Shown in pieces: positions 63,033-64,000 of a DNA stretch of 64,000 nt. This DNA is from Mesotaenium endlicherianum. Its lineage: Eukaryota. Under the pieces are notes generated by a model. It searched no databases, was not told where the DNA came from, and was given only the letters and a program-made list of their open reading frames with translations. Both the position numbers and the translations under genes were made by a program. The stretch's first letter is position 1. Each line of letters opens with the position of its first letter. The stretch spans positions 194,861 to 258,860 of the forward strand of contig WELA01000881.1 of NCBI GenBank assembly GCA_009602735.1, given 5' to 3'.

Positions 63033-63778
63033 TGAAATGAATCGACTTACCAAATAGGCGATTAACAATTAATAAAGATCTTTATATCAGCAAGTAATCT
63101 TTATGGTAATTTCCGTTAACTGGTTAAACGGCAAAGGACAATACACTAGCAGTGAATAATACTCGTAAGTCAAATGCGAGTAAACTAGCATCAATAATGC
63201 AAATCAGTAAACTCATACATAAGCAAGGTTAGAAGACAGTGCGTATCAATGGCTTCTCGCCTTGGATTCAGATCTCTCTCAGTAAGCTGTACAAGAGAGT
63301 TGGCCTCGTTTCCGAATGCCGAACTCGAGAGCAATGCCTAGCATATGTACATGGAATGAGTTTACTGTTCAACGGTCAGTGCGATGGCACCGCCTACCCG
63401 GGAGTTAACCACGTTGGTAGGACCTCGGTTAACCAAATCCACCGCCATCTCCCATCATCCCGAATAGCCATCCATCATGGGGATGTCATCTGGCCATTCA
63501 TCTAGCAGGTGGTACTTAGATGCATATCAAGGCAGTTCGCTGCTACCGAGCACGGAAGTCAGCTGGCTGTCAAAGAATGTGTCAGCAAGCTGACTTAAGT
63601 TGACTTCAGCCTGCTGCTTTTGGCCGAGTCATTAAACTGATAATTATGTAAAGTCCAGCACACTGATTACTAACTAAAGTTCAGCAGACTGACTACTAAC
63701 TAAAGTCCAGCAGGCTGAACTAAATTAACTATTATATTTAACTGAATATTATATCTACTAATATACTGATTCATTACA
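63033..63778 (-). repeat. 5' LTR of copy B (746 bp)
   Basis: Reverse complement of the family-A LTR, followed on the minus strand by PBS TGGTATCGGAGC. Confidence 0.97.
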
Positions 63779-64000
63779 ATAGTGCACTCTCGTGCCCCAA
63801 AGCGTGGTCAAAAACGGACAGCGCCAGGTGCCTACCACCCTGAAGCACACTTCACGAGAAGACAACAAGCCAAATGAAGTGGAGACCCACGTTGAAGACA
63901 ATACTCCTGCCCCAATGAGTTTAAGAGATTACCTTGGAGGAGAGAAGGTCCCCATCTTGGTGGATAGCGAAGCTCAAGACAACTTCATCGCAGCAGATTT

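Larger units (their letters stand above)
54958..63778 (-). mobile_element. Intact family-A chromovirus, copy B (8821 bp), TSD ATAGT
   Basis: LTRs 63778-63033 (5') and 55677-54958 (3'); ATAGT at 54953-54957 and 63779-63783; PBS at 63031-63020. ORF boundaries mirror copy A with no net indel (coordinates sum to 109090). Confidence 0.97.
45229..64000 (+). mobile_element. Older gypsy gag/protease host in three pieces (45229-45312, 54164-54957, 63784-64000), split by elements A and B
   Basis: Removing A restores the frame ...KLNPPQGV|PPNEWAAF. Gag motifs NLWLYQVETYF, LLGGASTSWW, PTPMEIG. Removing B restores the zinc knuckle GLCFYCKGKGHS|ALSCPK. A protease-like ILVDSEAQDNFI follows at the window edge. 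Confidence 0.88.

Overview
Eukaryotic nuclear DNA from a green plant. I infer a streptophyte from the GT-AG introns, the plastid transit peptides and the plant-type transposons; the species cannot be read from the sequence. Two intron-rich genes for plastid proteins, APE1/DUF2854 (9 exons, 16941-20780) and ClpC/Hsp93 (16 exons, 33135-39260), sit among nested transposons. The main feature is a Ty3/gypsy chromovirus family (family A) with an unusual three-ORF layout: gag; pol, apparently made by a -1 frameshift at U_UUA_AAA with a hairpin or pseudoknot; and a ~560-aa non-env ORF3 after the chromodomain. ORF3 has its own splice signals, differs between copies mostly at synonymous sites, and lies between two copies of a hairpin plus PPT signal. 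Two intact copies (45313-54158 +, TSD GAGTT; 54958-63778 -, TSD ATAGT) inserted 799 bp apart, tail to tail, into the gag of an older gypsy element, forming an ~18.5-kb quasi-palindrome. Two decayed relatives (436-4171, 9374-14653) also retain ORF3 remnants. Other content: a second gypsy family (family C, one element and two solo LTRs with TSDs), further chromovirus and copia remnants, two hAT (DUF659-type) transposase relics, and a possible RAG1/Transib-like transposase relic. All family assignments come from recognising motifs by eye; no database searches were run.
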